A DNA stretch of 64,000 nt from Faecousia sp. (GCA_045603825.1 JAZUMW010000121.1:19136-83135); one strand, 5' to 3'. Counted from the stretch's first letter, positions 17,647 through 27,789 are shown. The notes: generated by a model not told the origin, from the letters alone. Translations and numbers: made by a program.

Positions 17647-19896
17647 TTACATTTCAAAGCTGACCTGTTTTTCAGGAGAATCCTCTTCCTTCAATAACGA
17701 GCCTGCAGAAGGTAGTGTTCTGGTGCGGTAACGGCTGATGTTCACGATCCCACTCTTTTCCACAAGGACCGCATGGCTCACACCGGCCTTTTTCTTCAGA
17801 GATACCACACTTACGCCAATGGTGTTTCTGGAGGCTTTGGGCAGCAGCTGTGCCGTGGAGAAAACAACTGCGCGGCCGTCCGTGGTGTAAACCGCCACCT
17901 GCCGGTCTTCATCCATAGCCAATGCACCCATTAAAGGACTCTTGTCCGAAAATGCGCCGGTGAGCTTACGCCGGTTGGTCTTGGTTTCATAGGCGCTCAA
18001 GGGAACCTTTGCGACCTTGCCGTTTTCAAAGAAGAACAGGATATTGCCCTTGTAATTTCCGGGGAATACCACATGCAGAACATGCTCGTCCTGCTCCATC
18101 CCCAATTTCTGCGGCAGATAGTCACCCAGCAAGGAGGCCTTGCCGTCCTCAAAATCAGAAAGTCTTGACTTATAGCACTGGCAGTGATTGGTGAAGACAA
18201 GTATCTCCGCCCTGTTGGTAGTTTCTCTGGAAAATGCCAGGCTATCCCCTTCCTTGAATTTTTGCTCACCGGACATGCGCAAGCTTGCCTGGGTGATCTT
18301 TTTCATGTAACCCTCTCGGGATACAAAGACTGCGACGGGATAATCAGGGATCTCCTCCACCTCGTCTTCCGGTTCAATGGCATCGATTTGATAGAGGATC
18401 TCTGTTTTTCTGGGCTGACCGTATTTCTCCGCAACCTTTTTCAGTTCAGAAATAATGAGGTTCTTCAGTTTTCTGCTGCTGTTCAGCGTACTGCGCAGAT
18501 CTTCGATCTCCTGCTCCAACTCACTAATTGCTTTGATCTGCTTAAGGATATACTCCTTGTTGATGTTCCGCAGCTTGATCTCCGCCACGAAATTGGCCTG
18601 GATCTCATCAATGCCAAAGCCGATCATCAAATTAGGAACAACTTCGCTTTCCATTTCTGTTTCGCGAATGATCCGGATCGCTTTGTCAATATCCAGCAGG
18701 ATACGCTCCAGACCCTTCAGCAAATGCAGGCGATCTTCCTTTTTCTGGATCTGGTAAAACAGACGGCGCTTGACACACTGTTTGCGCCATGCGGTCCACT
18801 CTTCCAAGATTTCCGCCACACCCATAACTCTGGGCATACCGGCGATCAAAATGTTGAAATTACAGGCAAAGCTGTCCTGCAGAGGCGTTAGACGATACAG
18901 CTTCTGCATCAGTTTATCCGGCTCCACGCCGCGCTTCAGATCGATGGTCAGCTTCAAGCCGCCCAGATCTGTCTCATCACGCATATCAGCGATCTCTTTG
19001 ATCTTACCGGCCTTGATCAGCTCCGCCACCTTGTCCATTATGACCTCGCTGGTGGTAGAATATGGTATCTCGTAAATCTCAATGAGATTGCCAGTCTTCT
19101 CATAGCGCCATTTTGCCCGGAGCTTGAAGCTGCCGCGGCCTGTGGAATAGATCTCACGGGTCGTTGCCTCGTCAAACAGCAGCTGTCCACCGGTAGAGAA
19201 ATCCGGGCCGGGGAGGGTCTCCAGTACATCGTGGTCGGGGTCGTTCATCAGTGCGATAGTGGTGTCGCAGATCTCTTTCAGGTTAAAAGAGCAGATGTTG
19301 CTAGCCATACCGACAGCAATTCCCTGGTTTGCAGACACCAGCACATTGGGGAAGGTGGTGGGAAGCAGGCTGGGCTCTTTCATGGTGGCATCGTAGTTAT
19401 CCACCATATCTACAGTATCATAATCGATGTCCCGGAACAGTTCCTGGCAGAAGCTGTCCAGCTTTGCCTCAGTGTAACGGGAAGCGGCGTAAGCCATATC
19501 CCGGGAATAAACCTTACCGAAGTTGCCCTTGGAATCCACAAAGGGATGCAGCAGGGTTTCGTTGCCCTTGGCAAGACGCACCATGGTTTCATAGATGGCA
19601 GCATCACCGTGGGGGTTCAAGCGCATGGTCTGACCCACGATATTGGCAGACTTTGTTCTGCCGCCGGTAAGCAGACCCATCTTATACATAGTGTACAGCA
19701 ACTTGCGATGACTGGGCTTGAAGCCATCGATCTCGGGAATGGCCCGGGAAACGATGACAGACATGGCATAGGGCATGTAGTTGATCTCCAGCGTTTCGGA
19801 AATGCCCTGCTCTGTGGTGGAGCCTACCAGGCCAACGACGCCGTCGGTATTGGTCTTCTTTTTATTCTGTTCCGGTTCTTTCTTCTTTCGTGCCAT
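17647..19896 (-). CDS. parC: Type IIA topoisomerase subunit A (topo IV-like)
   Basis: DGFKPSHR, PHGD, AASRYTE catalytic Tyr; shortened C-terminus with no visible GyrA box. Confidence 0.8.
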   Translation of the reverse strand: MARKKKEPEQNKKKTNTDGVVGLVGSTTEQGISETLEINYMPYAMSVIVSRAIPEIDGFKPSHRKLLYTMYKMGLLTGGRTKSANIVGQTMRLNPHGDAAIYETMVRLAKGNETLLHPFVDSKGNFGKVYSRDMAYAASRYTEAKLDSFCQELFRDIDYDTVDMVDNYDATMKEPSLLPTTFPNVLVSANQGIAVGMASNICSFNLKEICDTTIALMNDPDHDVLETLPGPDFSTGGQLLFDEATTREIYSTGRGSFKLRAKWRYEKTGNLIEIYEIPYSTTSEVIMDKVAELIKAGKIKEIADMRDETDLGGLKLTIDLKRGVEPDKLMQKLYRLTPLQDSFACNFNILIAGMPRVMGVAEILEEWTAWRKQCVKRRLFYQIQKKEDRLHLLKGLERILLDIDKAIRIIRETEMESEVVPNLMIGFGIDEIQANFVAEIKLRNINKEYILKQIKAISELEQEIEDLRSTLNSSRKLKNLIISELKKVAEKYGQPRKTEILYQIDAIEPEDEVEEIPDYPVAVFVSREGYMKKITQASLRMSGEQKFKEGDSLAFSRETTNRAEILVFTNHCQCYKSRLSDFEDGKASLLGDYLPQKLGMEQDEHVLHVVFPGNYKGNILFFFENGKVAKVPLSAYETKTNRRKLTGAFSDKSPLMGALAMDEDRQVAVYTTDGRAVVFSTAQLLPKASRNTIGVSVVSLKKKAGVSHAVLVEKSGIVNISRYRTRTLPSAGSLLKEEDSPEKQVSFEM

Positions 19897-19911
19897 TTAG
19901 GAACCTCTTTA

Positions 19912-21894
19912 TCAGGAAATATCGGCCAGATCCAAGTATCTGGAACCGTTTTCAGCAATGAAATTCTTCCGCTCGGCAAGGCTGTCGCCCAGAAGAACAT
20001 CGAAGTAATAGGCCGTGCGCTCCGCATCCTCCGGCATGACCTTGATCAGTCGGCGGGTTTCGGGATTCATTGTGGTCATCCACATCATCTCAGGATCGTT
20101 CTCACCAAGGCCCTTGGACCGCTGAATGGTAACCTTTTTACCCTCAAGCTCTTTGAGGATCTTTGCTTTCTCCTGCTCGTTATATGCAAACCAGGTCTTG
20201 TCCTTGCAGGTGATCTCAAACAAGGGAGACTCCGCAATATACACATAACCGTTGCGGATCAAGGTGGGACACAGGCGATAGAGCATCGTCAGGATCAAGG
20301 TGCGGATCTGGAAGCCGTCCACATCTGCGTCGGTACAGATGACAATTTTATTCCAGCGCAGATTATCGATGTCAAAGGAGGACAGTTCCTTGGCCTTCTT
20401 GCCCTGGATCTCCACACCGCAACCCAGAACCTTTACAAGGTCTGTGATAATAGGAGAGGCAAAGATCTTGGTATAGTCCGCCTTCAGACAGTTCAGAATT
20501 TTGCCACGAACAGGCATGATGCCCTGGAATTCTGCGTCACGGGAAAGCTTGACACTGCCCAATGCGGAGTCACCCTCCACGATATACAGTTCGCGCACCG
20601 CGGTATCCCGGCTGCGGCAGTCCACAAACTTCTGCACCCGGTTGGCAATATCGATGGAGCCGGACAGTTTCTTCTTAACATTGGACTTTGTCTTCTCCGC
20701 AGACTCTCTTGCCCGCTTGTTTACCAGGATCTGGTCAGCTGCACGGTCGGCGTCCTGCTTGTTTTCCAGGAACCAGACCTGCAGTTTTTCCTTAAAGAAA
20801 GCTGTCATAGCTTCCTGGGTAAACTTGGAGTTAACAGACTTTTTCGTCTGGTTTTCAAAGCAGCCGATGGTGGAGAAGCAGTTGGTAACAATCACAAGGC
20901 TGTCCTGAATGTCCTGGAACAGGATCTTGCTCTCGTTTTTGGTGTATTTGTTGCTGTCACGCAGGTACTTGTCAAAGGCTGCGGTAAAGCCAAGGCGCAC
21001 TGCCCGGTCGGGGCTGCCGCCATATTCCAGCCAGGAGGAGTTGTGGTAGTATTCAATATGGCTCAGCTGCTTGGAGAAGCAGAAGGATGCAGTGATCTTC
21101 AGCTTCATTTCCGGACGGTTTTCCGCATCCCGACCCCGGCGGTCAGCTTCCCAGAATACGGGCATGGTAAAAGCATTGTCCCCTACCATTTCCTCAATAT
21201 ACTGCTTGATGCCGTCTTCGTAGCAATAGGTCTCTTCTTCAAATTTTTTGCCCACTTGATTGCGGAATTTGAAGGTAACACCCTTATTGACCACCGCCTG
21301 GCGGCGCAGTACATCCCGGTAATACTCCACGGGGATATTGATGTCGGTGAAAACATCCTTATCCGGCCGCCAATGGAACAGCGAGCCGCTCTTTTTCCGA
21401 TCCACGGGCTCCTTTTTCATTTTGCCCTTGATACGGCCCTTTTCAAAATGCAGATCATAGCGGAAGCCGTCCCGGCGTACCGTCACATCAAAAAACTCAG
21501 ATGCATACTGGGTCGCGCAGGAACCCAGGCCATTAAGACCCAGGGAATACTCATAGTTCTCGCCGTTTTCACCGTACTTACCGCCGGCGTACATTTCACA
21601 GAACACCAGTTCCCAGTTATAGCGTTTTTCTTTTTCGTTGTAGTCCACAGGACAACCGCGGCCAAAGTCCTCCACTTCCACAGAGAGGTCTTCATAGCGG
21701 GTGACAATGATCGTATCGCCGTGGCCTTCCCGGGCCTCGTCGATAGCATTGGAAAGGATCTCAAACACCGCATGCTTACAGCCTTCCAGATCGTCAGATC
21801 CAAAGATGACCGCAGGGCGTTTCCGCACCCGGTCCTCACCCTTAAGCATGGAAATACTTTCATTTCCGTATTGTTCCGTAACTTTTCTCGCCAT
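19912..21894 (-). CDS. parE: Type IIA topoisomerase subunit B (topo IV-like)
   Basis: VRKRP, EILSNAIDE, DFGRG, EGDSA, PVRGKILN, DADVDG, KGLGE. Confidence 0.8.
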   Translation of the reverse strand: MARKVTEQYGNESISMLKGEDRVRKRPAVIFGSDDLEGCKHAVFEILSNAIDEAREGHGDTIIVTRYEDLSVEVEDFGRGCPVDYNEKEKRYNWELVFCEMYAGGKYGENGENYEYSLGLNGLGSCATQYASEFFDVTVRRDGFRYDLHFEKGRIKGKMKKEPVDRKKSGSLFHWRPDKDVFTDINIPVEYYRDVLRRQAVVNKGVTFKFRNQVGKKFEEETYCYEDGIKQYIEEMVGDNAFTMPVFWEADRRGRDAENRPEMKLKITASFCFSKQLSHIEYYHNSSWLEYGGSPDRAVRLGFTAAFDKYLRDSNKYTKNESKILFQDIQDSLVIVTNCFSTIGCFENQTKKSVNSKFTQEAMTAFFKEKLQVWFLENKQDADRAADQILVNKRARESAEKTKSNVKKKLSGSIDIANRVQKFVDCRSRDTAVRELYIVEGDSALGSVKLSRDAEFQGIMPVRGKILNCLKADYTKIFASPIITDLVKVLGCGVEIQGKKAKELSSFDIDNLRWNKIVICTDADVDGFQIRTLILTMLYRLCPTLIRNGYVYIAESPLFEITCKDKTWFAYNEQEKAKILKELEGKKVTIQRSKGLGENDPEMMWMTTMNPETRRLIKVMPEDAERTAYYFDVLLGDSLAERKNFIAENGSRYLDLADIS

Positions 21895-21933
21895 TTTGTG
21901 TAAACCTGCCAAATCTCATAATATTACAATTAT

Positions 21934-21981
21934 ATTATACGCATTTTGTGCGTAAAGTCAATAAAAACCACAATATATGGT
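21934..21981 (-). promoter_or_regulatory. parE promoter with adjacent NrdR-box-like palindrome
   Basis: Minus-strand TTGACT-16-TATAAT; ACCACAATATATGGT at 21967-21981. Confidence 0.55.
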
Positions 21982-22076
21982 AATAGAGACCCCAATCGCA
22001 GAAGTTGAAAAAATATGGATTTCTCCATTCCATACGAAGAAATCCTGTGTTATAATAAACATTGGAGGTGGATAAT

Positions 22077-23072
22077 ATGCCAAAATCCGATAACCAGAAA
22101 CTGAAAATCCTTTACATACTGGATTACCTGCAAAAAAACTCTCACGAGGACAAGCCTGTGAGAGCTTCTGAGCTGATCGCTATGTTGGATAAGCACCGCA
22201 TTTCCTGCGACAGGAAAACCGTCTACTCTGACATTGCCGCTTTGCAGGATTACGGCGTGGACATCGTGTCCATTCCCGGTAAGAACGGCGGATATTATAT
22301 TGCCTCCCGGAATTTTGAGCTTCCAGAGCTGAAGCTGCTCATTGACGCAGTCCAGTCCAGCCGTTATCTGACGGAAAAGAAATCCCGGGAGCTCATCGAA
22401 AAGCTCTGTACCCAGTGCAATGAGCAGGATGCCACCCTGATGAAGCGCACCGTGCTGGTTTCCGGACGGGTCAAAAGCATGAATGAGACCATCTATTACA
22501 ATGTAGATGCCATTCAGGAAGCCATCACCCACAACCGCCAGATCACCTTCCGCTATTTTGACTGGGATATAAGCGGTCACCGCCGCTACCGGGAGAAGGA
22601 GTACAGCGCCAGCCCCTACGGTCTGTGCCAGGATAACGAAAACTGCTACCTGCTGGCACACTCTGAGCGCCACGGCGTAACGTCTTACCGGGTAGATCGG
22701 ATGACAGACATCAATCTGTTGGATACGCCCCGCACTCCCTGTCCAGAATTGACCGGCAAAGCGCTGGTGGATCATGCCAACCGGCTGTTCCAGATGTTTG
22801 CAGGTGACGCGGTGGATGTAAAGCTGCGTTTTCACAGAGATCTTCTGAATGTGGTCGTTGACCGGTTCGGCAGAGATACCATGCTGATCCCCGACGGACC
22901 GGAGCATTTTAATTTTACCGTAAAAGTCGCTGTTTCGCCCATGTTCCTGAGCTGGGTCATCGGCTTCGGAAACAAAGCCAAGGTTTTATATCCTGCCTCC
23001 GTAGCCGAGGAATGCCGCCAGCTGTGCATGGAAGCTATGAGCCAGTATACAGATCCTCCCCAGGAGCAGTAA
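22077..23072 (+). CDS. WYL-domain transcriptional regulator (wHTH-WYL-WCX)
   Basis: RKTVYSDIAAL HTH; SPYGL...NCYLLA...YRVDRM; SWVIGFG; RBS GGAGGTG. Confidence 0.9.
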   Translation: MPKSDNQKLKILYILDYLQKNSHEDKPVRASELIAMLDKHRISCDRKTVYSDIAALQDYGVDIVSIPGKNGGYYIASRNFELPELKLLIDAVQSSRYLTEKKSRELIEKLCTQCNEQDATLMKRTVLVSGRVKSMNETIYYNVDAIQEAITHNRQITFRYFDWDISGHRRYREKEYSASPYGLCQDNENCYLLAHSERHGVTSYRVDRMTDINLLDTPRTPCPELTGKALVDHANRLFQMFAGDAVDVKLRFHRDLLNVVVDRFGRDTMLIPDGPEHFNFTVKVAVSPMFLSWVIGFGNKAKVLYPASVAEECRQLCMEAMSQYTDPPQEQ

Positions 23073-23559
23073 GGCAGAAGGAGCTGAACAGCGCCTGCCA
23101 CTCTTCCTGCAGCGCATGAGCATTGGAGGCTCCGGTCATACAGGTAAGTACATAGTGGTAGTTGCCATCATCCAAAATGGCTGCTTTCCCCACTTGCTCC
23201 TCCCCTTCCCCAAAACTGACCCAAACAAAGTCATAGCGCCTACCATAATCTGTGCCGGTCTCAATAAGGTCTAACTGCTCTTTTTCATAGCCAGTGACCG
23301 AACACACCGTTTTGTTCAGATCACCTGACGCCGTTGTTTGCAGTGTGATGGTATAGTCGTCACAAAAATAAATGCTCCCGTTACTGTCGTTTTCCATCGC
23401 CGCGACCACTGCGCCATCAGGCATCTGTACCGCCACCTGCATCATAGTGGCCACCGCGGGCTGCACATATTCATCCGATATGGTTTCGTAAGATTCCTGT
23501 TTCCCACACCCAGTCAGCACCAACATCAGCGCCAGACACAAACACAGCCATTTTTTCAT
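23035..23559 (-). CDS. Hypothetical lipoprotein
   Basis: MKKWLCLCLALMLVLTGC lipobox; G-rich RBS. Confidence 0.75.
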   Translation of the reverse strand: MKKWLCLCLALMLVLTGCGKQESYETISDEYVQPAVATMMQVAVQMPDGAVVAAMENDSNGSIYFCDDYTITLQTTASGDLNKTVCSVTGYEKEQLDLIETGTDYGRRYDFVWVSFGEGEEQVGKAAILDDGNYHYVLTCMTGASNAHALQEEWQALFSSFCLTAPGEDLYTGS

Positions 23560-23586
23560 AATCATTCCCCCCGGAAAGGTATTGCT

Positions 23587-23844
23587 ATGCTGAAGATTTA
23601 TCTGATTATAATCAATGCGGTGGCTTTTCTGCTTATGCTCGCGGACAAGCTTATGGCACGAAATAAACTCTGGCGCATTCCTGAGTCTGTACTCATGGGT
23701 ACTGCGCTGCTGGGCGGCAGTGTTGGGAGTATTCTTGGAATGCACCTTTGCAGACATAAGACAAAAAAACCCAAATTCTCTGTGGGCATTACGATAATTT
23801 TGGTTTTACAGGTCATAGTGCTGATGCTGATATGGCATCAATAA
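23587..23844 (+). CDS. DUF1294-family small membrane protein
   Basis: DK..A....WRIPE..L...ALLGGS.G...GM...RHKT.K.KF. Confidence 0.88.
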   Translation: MLKIYLIIINAVAFLLMLADKLMARNKLWRIPESVLMGTALLGGSVGSILGMHLCRHKTKKPKFSVGITIILVLQVIVLMLIWHQ

Positions 23845-23850
23845 AATATC

Positions 23851-23872
23851 GCCCGGAGGTTAACCTCCGGGC
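23851..23872. terminator. Hairpin between convergent genes
   Basis: GCCCGGAGG-TTAA-CCTCCGGGC. Confidence 0.7.
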
Positions 23873-23880
23873 ATTTGATT

Positions 23881-25458
23881 TTAGAGGGTATCGATCAGTG
23901 CCTCCGCGCAGGTCATACCGTCGATCGCAGCGGACATGATGCCGCCTGCGTAACCCGCTCCCTCACCTGCGGGATAGAATCCCTTCAGCCCGGTGGACTG
24001 CTTACTCTCGTCACGGACAATGCGGACAGGAGAGGAGCTTCTGGTCTCCGGGGCAGTAAGCACACTGTCCGGGTCAGCAAAACCTTTCAAATTTTCATCC
24101 AGCATGGGCAAGGCTTTGGCAATGGCACTTGTCAGCTTATCCGGTAGCACATCGTGCAAGTCACACCACGTAACACCCGGGCGGTAGGTAGGCGCTACAC
24201 TTCCGGGGCCGGTGCTCGGCCGGCCTTCCAAAAAGTCCCCCACCCGCTGGGCGGGAGCAAAATACTTGCCGCCGCCCACCCGGAAGGCTGCTTCCTCAAT
24301 GCGCTGCTGGTAATATACACCCCCGAGAGGGTGGTCATCGGGAAAATCCTTTGGATTCACAGTTACAAGTAGCGCTGCGTTGGCATTTACGCCGTCCCGG
24401 TCTGCGTAGCTCATTCCGTTGGTGACGACCCGGCCTTCTTCAGATGCCGCAGCAACAACATAACCGCCGGGACACATGCAGAATGTGTAGACCGTTTCAT
24501 CCTCCAGGTGCTTTACAAGCTTGTAATCCGCCGGAGGCAGCACAGGATCAGCCTTGCCATACTGGGCCTTGTCAATGGTCTGCTGCAAATGCTCGATCCG
24601 TACACCCATGGCAAAGGGCTTCGCCTCCATGGGGATATTCCGGCTGTGAAGCTTTTGGAAGGTATCTCTAGCGCTGTGACCCACGGCGAAGATAACATGG
24701 GTACACGGAATGATCTCCGCTGTATTGACCTCCAAGCCGGTCACACACCCACCGGATGACAATATATCCGTTACCTGGCTGTTAAAGCGCACCTCACCAC
24801 CCAAAGAGATGATGCGGTGGCGAATATTCTGCACCACAGTCAAAAGCACATCTGTGCCCACATGGGGCTTGGCATCAAAGAGGATATCTTCTCTTGCGCC
24901 GGCCTTGACAAACTGTTCCAGGATCCAGCCAATTCTGGGATTGTTCACACCGGTATTCAGCTTTCCGTCGGAGAAGGTGCCGGCACCGCCCTCGCCAAAC
25001 TGGACATTGGTCTCTTCATCCAGCTTTCCGGTTTTCCAGAATTCCTGTACCTTTTCATGGCGGGTCGCTGCATCCGCGCCCCGTTCCAGAACAAGGGGTC
25101 TGAGCCCGCACAACGCCAACACCAGCGCCGCAAACATGCCTGCAGGACCAAAGCCTACAACAACAGGCCGATTCACCGGGTTGGCATCTGTTTTGGGCAG
25201 CTTATAGTAGGACACCGGCGCAATGCTTGCCCGCTTGCAGCCGGCCTGCTTGAGTATTTTATTTTCGCTTCCGTCCACCGTAACATCGATGGTATAGACA
25301 ATGCGCACATCCGGCTTTTTCCGGGCATCCACCGACCGGCGGACAATCCGTACCCTGCGAATCTTGGAATTGGACACCCGCAATGCTCTGGCTGCTTCAT
25401 AGGAAAGCTGGGCAACCGAGTGCTCCGGTGGCATGGAAATTTCTCTTATCCGAATCAT
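23881..25458 (-). CDS. FAD/NAD(P)-dependent oxidoreductase
   Basis: GFGPAG, GEGGAGTFSDGKL, FCMCPGG, GEGAGYAGGI. Confidence 0.88.
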   Translation of the reverse strand: MIRIREISMPPEHSVAQLSYEAARALRVSNSKIRRVRIVRRSVDARKKPDVRIVYTIDVTVDGSENKILKQAGCKRASIAPVSYYKLPKTDANPVNRPVVVGFGPAGMFAALVLALCGLRPLVLERGADAATRHEKVQEFWKTGKLDEETNVQFGEGGAGTFSDGKLNTGVNNPRIGWILEQFVKAGAREDILFDAKPHVGTDVLLTVVQNIRHRIISLGGEVRFNSQVTDILSSGGCVTGLEVNTAEIIPCTHVIFAVGHSARDTFQKLHSRNIPMEAKPFAMGVRIEHLQQTIDKAQYGKADPVLPPADYKLVKHLEDETVYTFCMCPGGYVVAAASEEGRVVTNGMSYADRDGVNANAALLVTVNPKDFPDDHPLGGVYYQQRIEEAAFRVGGGKYFAPAQRVGDFLEGRPSTGPGSVAPTYRPGVTWCDLHDVLPDKLTSAIAKALPMLDENLKGFADPDSVLTAPETRSSSPVRIVRDESKQSTGLKGFYPAGEGAGYAGGIMSAAIDGMTCAEALIDTL

Positions 25459-26669
25459 TTGCTGTCCTTTCCGGCATGCAAGCCTGCGCAACGACCCGAG
25501 CTCCAGGCCCATTGCAGGTTGTAACCGCCGCAGTCACCGTCTATGTCCAGCACCTCACCGCAGGCATAAAGACCGGGAACCAGTTTGCTCTCCATAGTCA
25601 TGGGGTCAAACTGATTGGTATACACACCGCCGGCAGTAACCTGGGCGCTGTCCATTCCCATAGGTTCTGTCAGTTCGATCTCAAAGGCTTTTGCTGCACG
25701 GCAGACCTCCTGCAATTCGTGGTTGCTGATCTCATGGACAAACTGCTTTCCTTTGATCCCGGCTGCCTTTGTCAGAACTCTGCCAAGGCGGTTGTGCAGG
25801 ATTCCGGTCAGCAGCTCGTCCATGGGAAGACTTGTCTGTCTGCGCCGCTGCAATTCCGCCTCCAGCTCCTGCAGCGCACACTGCGGCAGGAAATCCAGCT
25901 TGCAGGTCCATATGCCCGGTTCATAACACACATCCCGTGAAACCTCAAAAATCACAGGTCCTGAGAGGCCATACTCCGTAAACTGCAGCTCTCCCCTGCT
26001 TTCAGAAAACAACTTTCCGTTATGCAGGATCCGGACATGGCAGTTCGTCCGAACACCCTTTAAGGAAGCCGTGCCGCCCCAGGAGGACTTTATCTGCACA
26101 AGGGCAGGACGCAACCGGGTAGACTTATGGCCAAGCTTCGCCAGAAGCTTATAGCCCGCCATCGTACCGCCCAGTTTGGAGCCTGCCAGTCCGCCGCAGG
26201 CAATAATCAGCTTATCACACTCCACAGGCGCATTTCCATCGGTAAGGATGAACCGATCCTGCTGTCTGCTGATCTTCTGGACCTCGTAGCCGGTTTTAAC
26301 GGTAATATTCTCTTTTTCAAGGGCAAGGCGAAGTACATCCACCACAGAATTGGCCTGGTCCGAGTAAGGATACACTCTGCCGGATTCCTCTGTCACCGTA
26401 AACAGTCCCAGATCACGGAACCAGGTCAGTGTCTCTTCCGGGGGAAATATCCGGATCGCAGGCACAGCAAATTCCGCCTCTTCCCCGTGGTAGCCGCCGT
26501 GGGCAGCGTGGAGATTTGTTAAGTTGCAACGGCCGTTGCCTGTGGCCTGAAGCTTGCGGCCAACCCGGGCCTGCCGCTCCAGAAGGATGACCTGCGTATT
26601 GGGATTCTCCGCAGCAGCCAGCGCCGCCGCCATACCCGAGGCTCCTCCACCAATAATTCCAACAATCAT
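25455..26669 (-). CDS. HI0933/BaiN-family flavoprotein
   Basis: GGGASG, GRKLQATGNGRCN, VTAGGV, GEVLDIDGDCGGYNLQWAWSSG. Confidence 0.92.
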   Translation of the reverse strand: MIVGIIGGGASGMAAALAAAENPNTQVILLERQARVGRKLQATGNGRCNLTNLHAAHGGYHGEEAEFAVPAIRIFPPEETLTWFRDLGLFTVTEESGRVYPYSDQANSVVDVLRLALEKENITVKTGYEVQKISRQQDRFILTDGNAPVECDKLIIACGGLAGSKLGGTMAGYKLLAKLGHKSTRLRPALVQIKSSWGGTASLKGVRTNCHVRILHNGKLFSESRGELQFTEYGLSGPVIFEVSRDVCYEPGIWTCKLDFLPQCALQELEAELQRRRQTSLPMDELLTGILHNRLGRVLTKAAGIKGKQFVHEISNHELQEVCRAAKAFEIELTEPMGMDSAQVTAGGVYTNQFDPMTMESKLVPGLYACGEVLDIDGDCGGYNLQWAWSSGRCAGLHAGKDSK

Positions 26670-26781
26670 ATGCTTTCTCCTTACCGGAATTTTCTATATT
26701 ATACTCTAAAGCCGGTCTGTACACAAGAAAAACTTCTTCCCTAAGCGGGAAAGATATGCTATAATCAATGCCGGTGATAGA

Positions 26782-27564
26782 ATGGATCGCAATAATATTG
26801 AAAAAATCGCCCGGACACCGGAGGACAAGGTTCTTCTGGCCAAGGTTTGGGATAAGATCAATGCGGGTATCCGGAAAAACATTCCCGCAAACACCGGCTT
26901 TCTCTCCCTGCGTGAGGTAGATATGACCCGTTATCTGTTCGGCAATCTGCAAGGATTATATGCCTTTGGCGGCTATCCGGAAGCAGAGCGGCAGATGCTG
27001 GTGTACCTGCCGGATTATCTGGAGGAAAGCGCATTGTATGACGATCCCCCACTTGTCTGTCTGCGGGCTACTTTTTATGAAGGTGATTCCCCTTCTCACC
27101 GGGATTTTTTAGGCGCGCTGATGGGCATCGGTATTTCCCGGGAAACTGTGGGCGACATCTGTGTCGGTAAAGCAAGCTGCGATTTTCTTGTCACCCGGGA
27201 GATCGCTCCTTATATTCTACAGAATTTCACGGAAGCCGGACGCACCAAGCTGCACCTGGAGGAAATTTCCTTACAGGATGTGCAAGTGCCGGAACTGGAA
27301 GTAAAGGAAATCAAGGACACTTTGGCATCCCTGCGGCTGGACAGTTTGATCTCCGCCGGATTTCGTGTTGGTCGCAGCCAGGCTGCCCAGTATGTGACCG
27401 CCGGCAAGGTAGCCATTGACGGTCTTCCCTGTGAAAAACCGGACAAAGCCATGGAAGAAGGCTGTAAGGTCTCTGTCCGGGGTCTTGGAAAAATCCAATT
27501 AAAAGCTGTCAACGGCCAGACGAAAAAGGGCCGTATATCCGTGGTCATCCACCGCTATGTGTGA
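26782..27564 (+). CDS. ylmH: YlmH-family S4 RNA-binding protein
   Basis: GGYPEAER, HRDFLGALMGIGI.RE.VGDI, SLRLD, SVRGLG. Confidence 0.88.
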   Translation: MDRNNIEKIARTPEDKVLLAKVWDKINAGIRKNIPANTGFLSLREVDMTRYLFGNLQGLYAFGGYPEAERQMLVYLPDYLEESALYDDPPLVCLRATFYEGDSPSHRDFLGALMGIGISRETVGDICVGKASCDFLVTREIAPYILQNFTEAGRTKLHLEEISLQDVQVPELEVKEIKDTLASLRLDSLISAGFRVGRSQAAQYVTAGKVAIDGLPCEKPDKAMEEGCKVSVRGLGKIQLKAVNGQTKKGRISVVIHRYV

Positions 27565-27573
27565 GGTAAGAAA

Positions 27574-27780
27574 ATGACGATTACTGAAGTGATTGCAAGA
27601 ATCAATGAACTGGCCGCAAAGGCCAAAAAAGAGGGCTTGACCCCCGAGGAAACAGTTGAGCGTGATAAGCTGCGCCGTATTTACATTGACAATGTAAAAG
27701 CCAATCTTACCGGTCAGCTGGAGAATACCTATATCGTCTATCCCGACGGCACCAAGAAAAAAGTGGAGAAAAAGCAGTAA
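27574..27780 (+). CDS. DUF896 (YnzC-like) protein
   Basis: RINELA.KAK..GLT.EE..ER..LR..YI. Confidence 0.88.
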   Translation: MTITEVIARINELAAKAKKEGLTPEETVERDKLRRIYIDNVKANLTGQLENTYIVYPDGTKKKVEKKQ

Positions 27781-27789
27781 TGGCTTTTC

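Noticed and set aside
19231-21903. 890-aa plus-strand ORF
   Set aside because: Antisense shadow of parE/parC with no recognisable motifs; expected from codon bias
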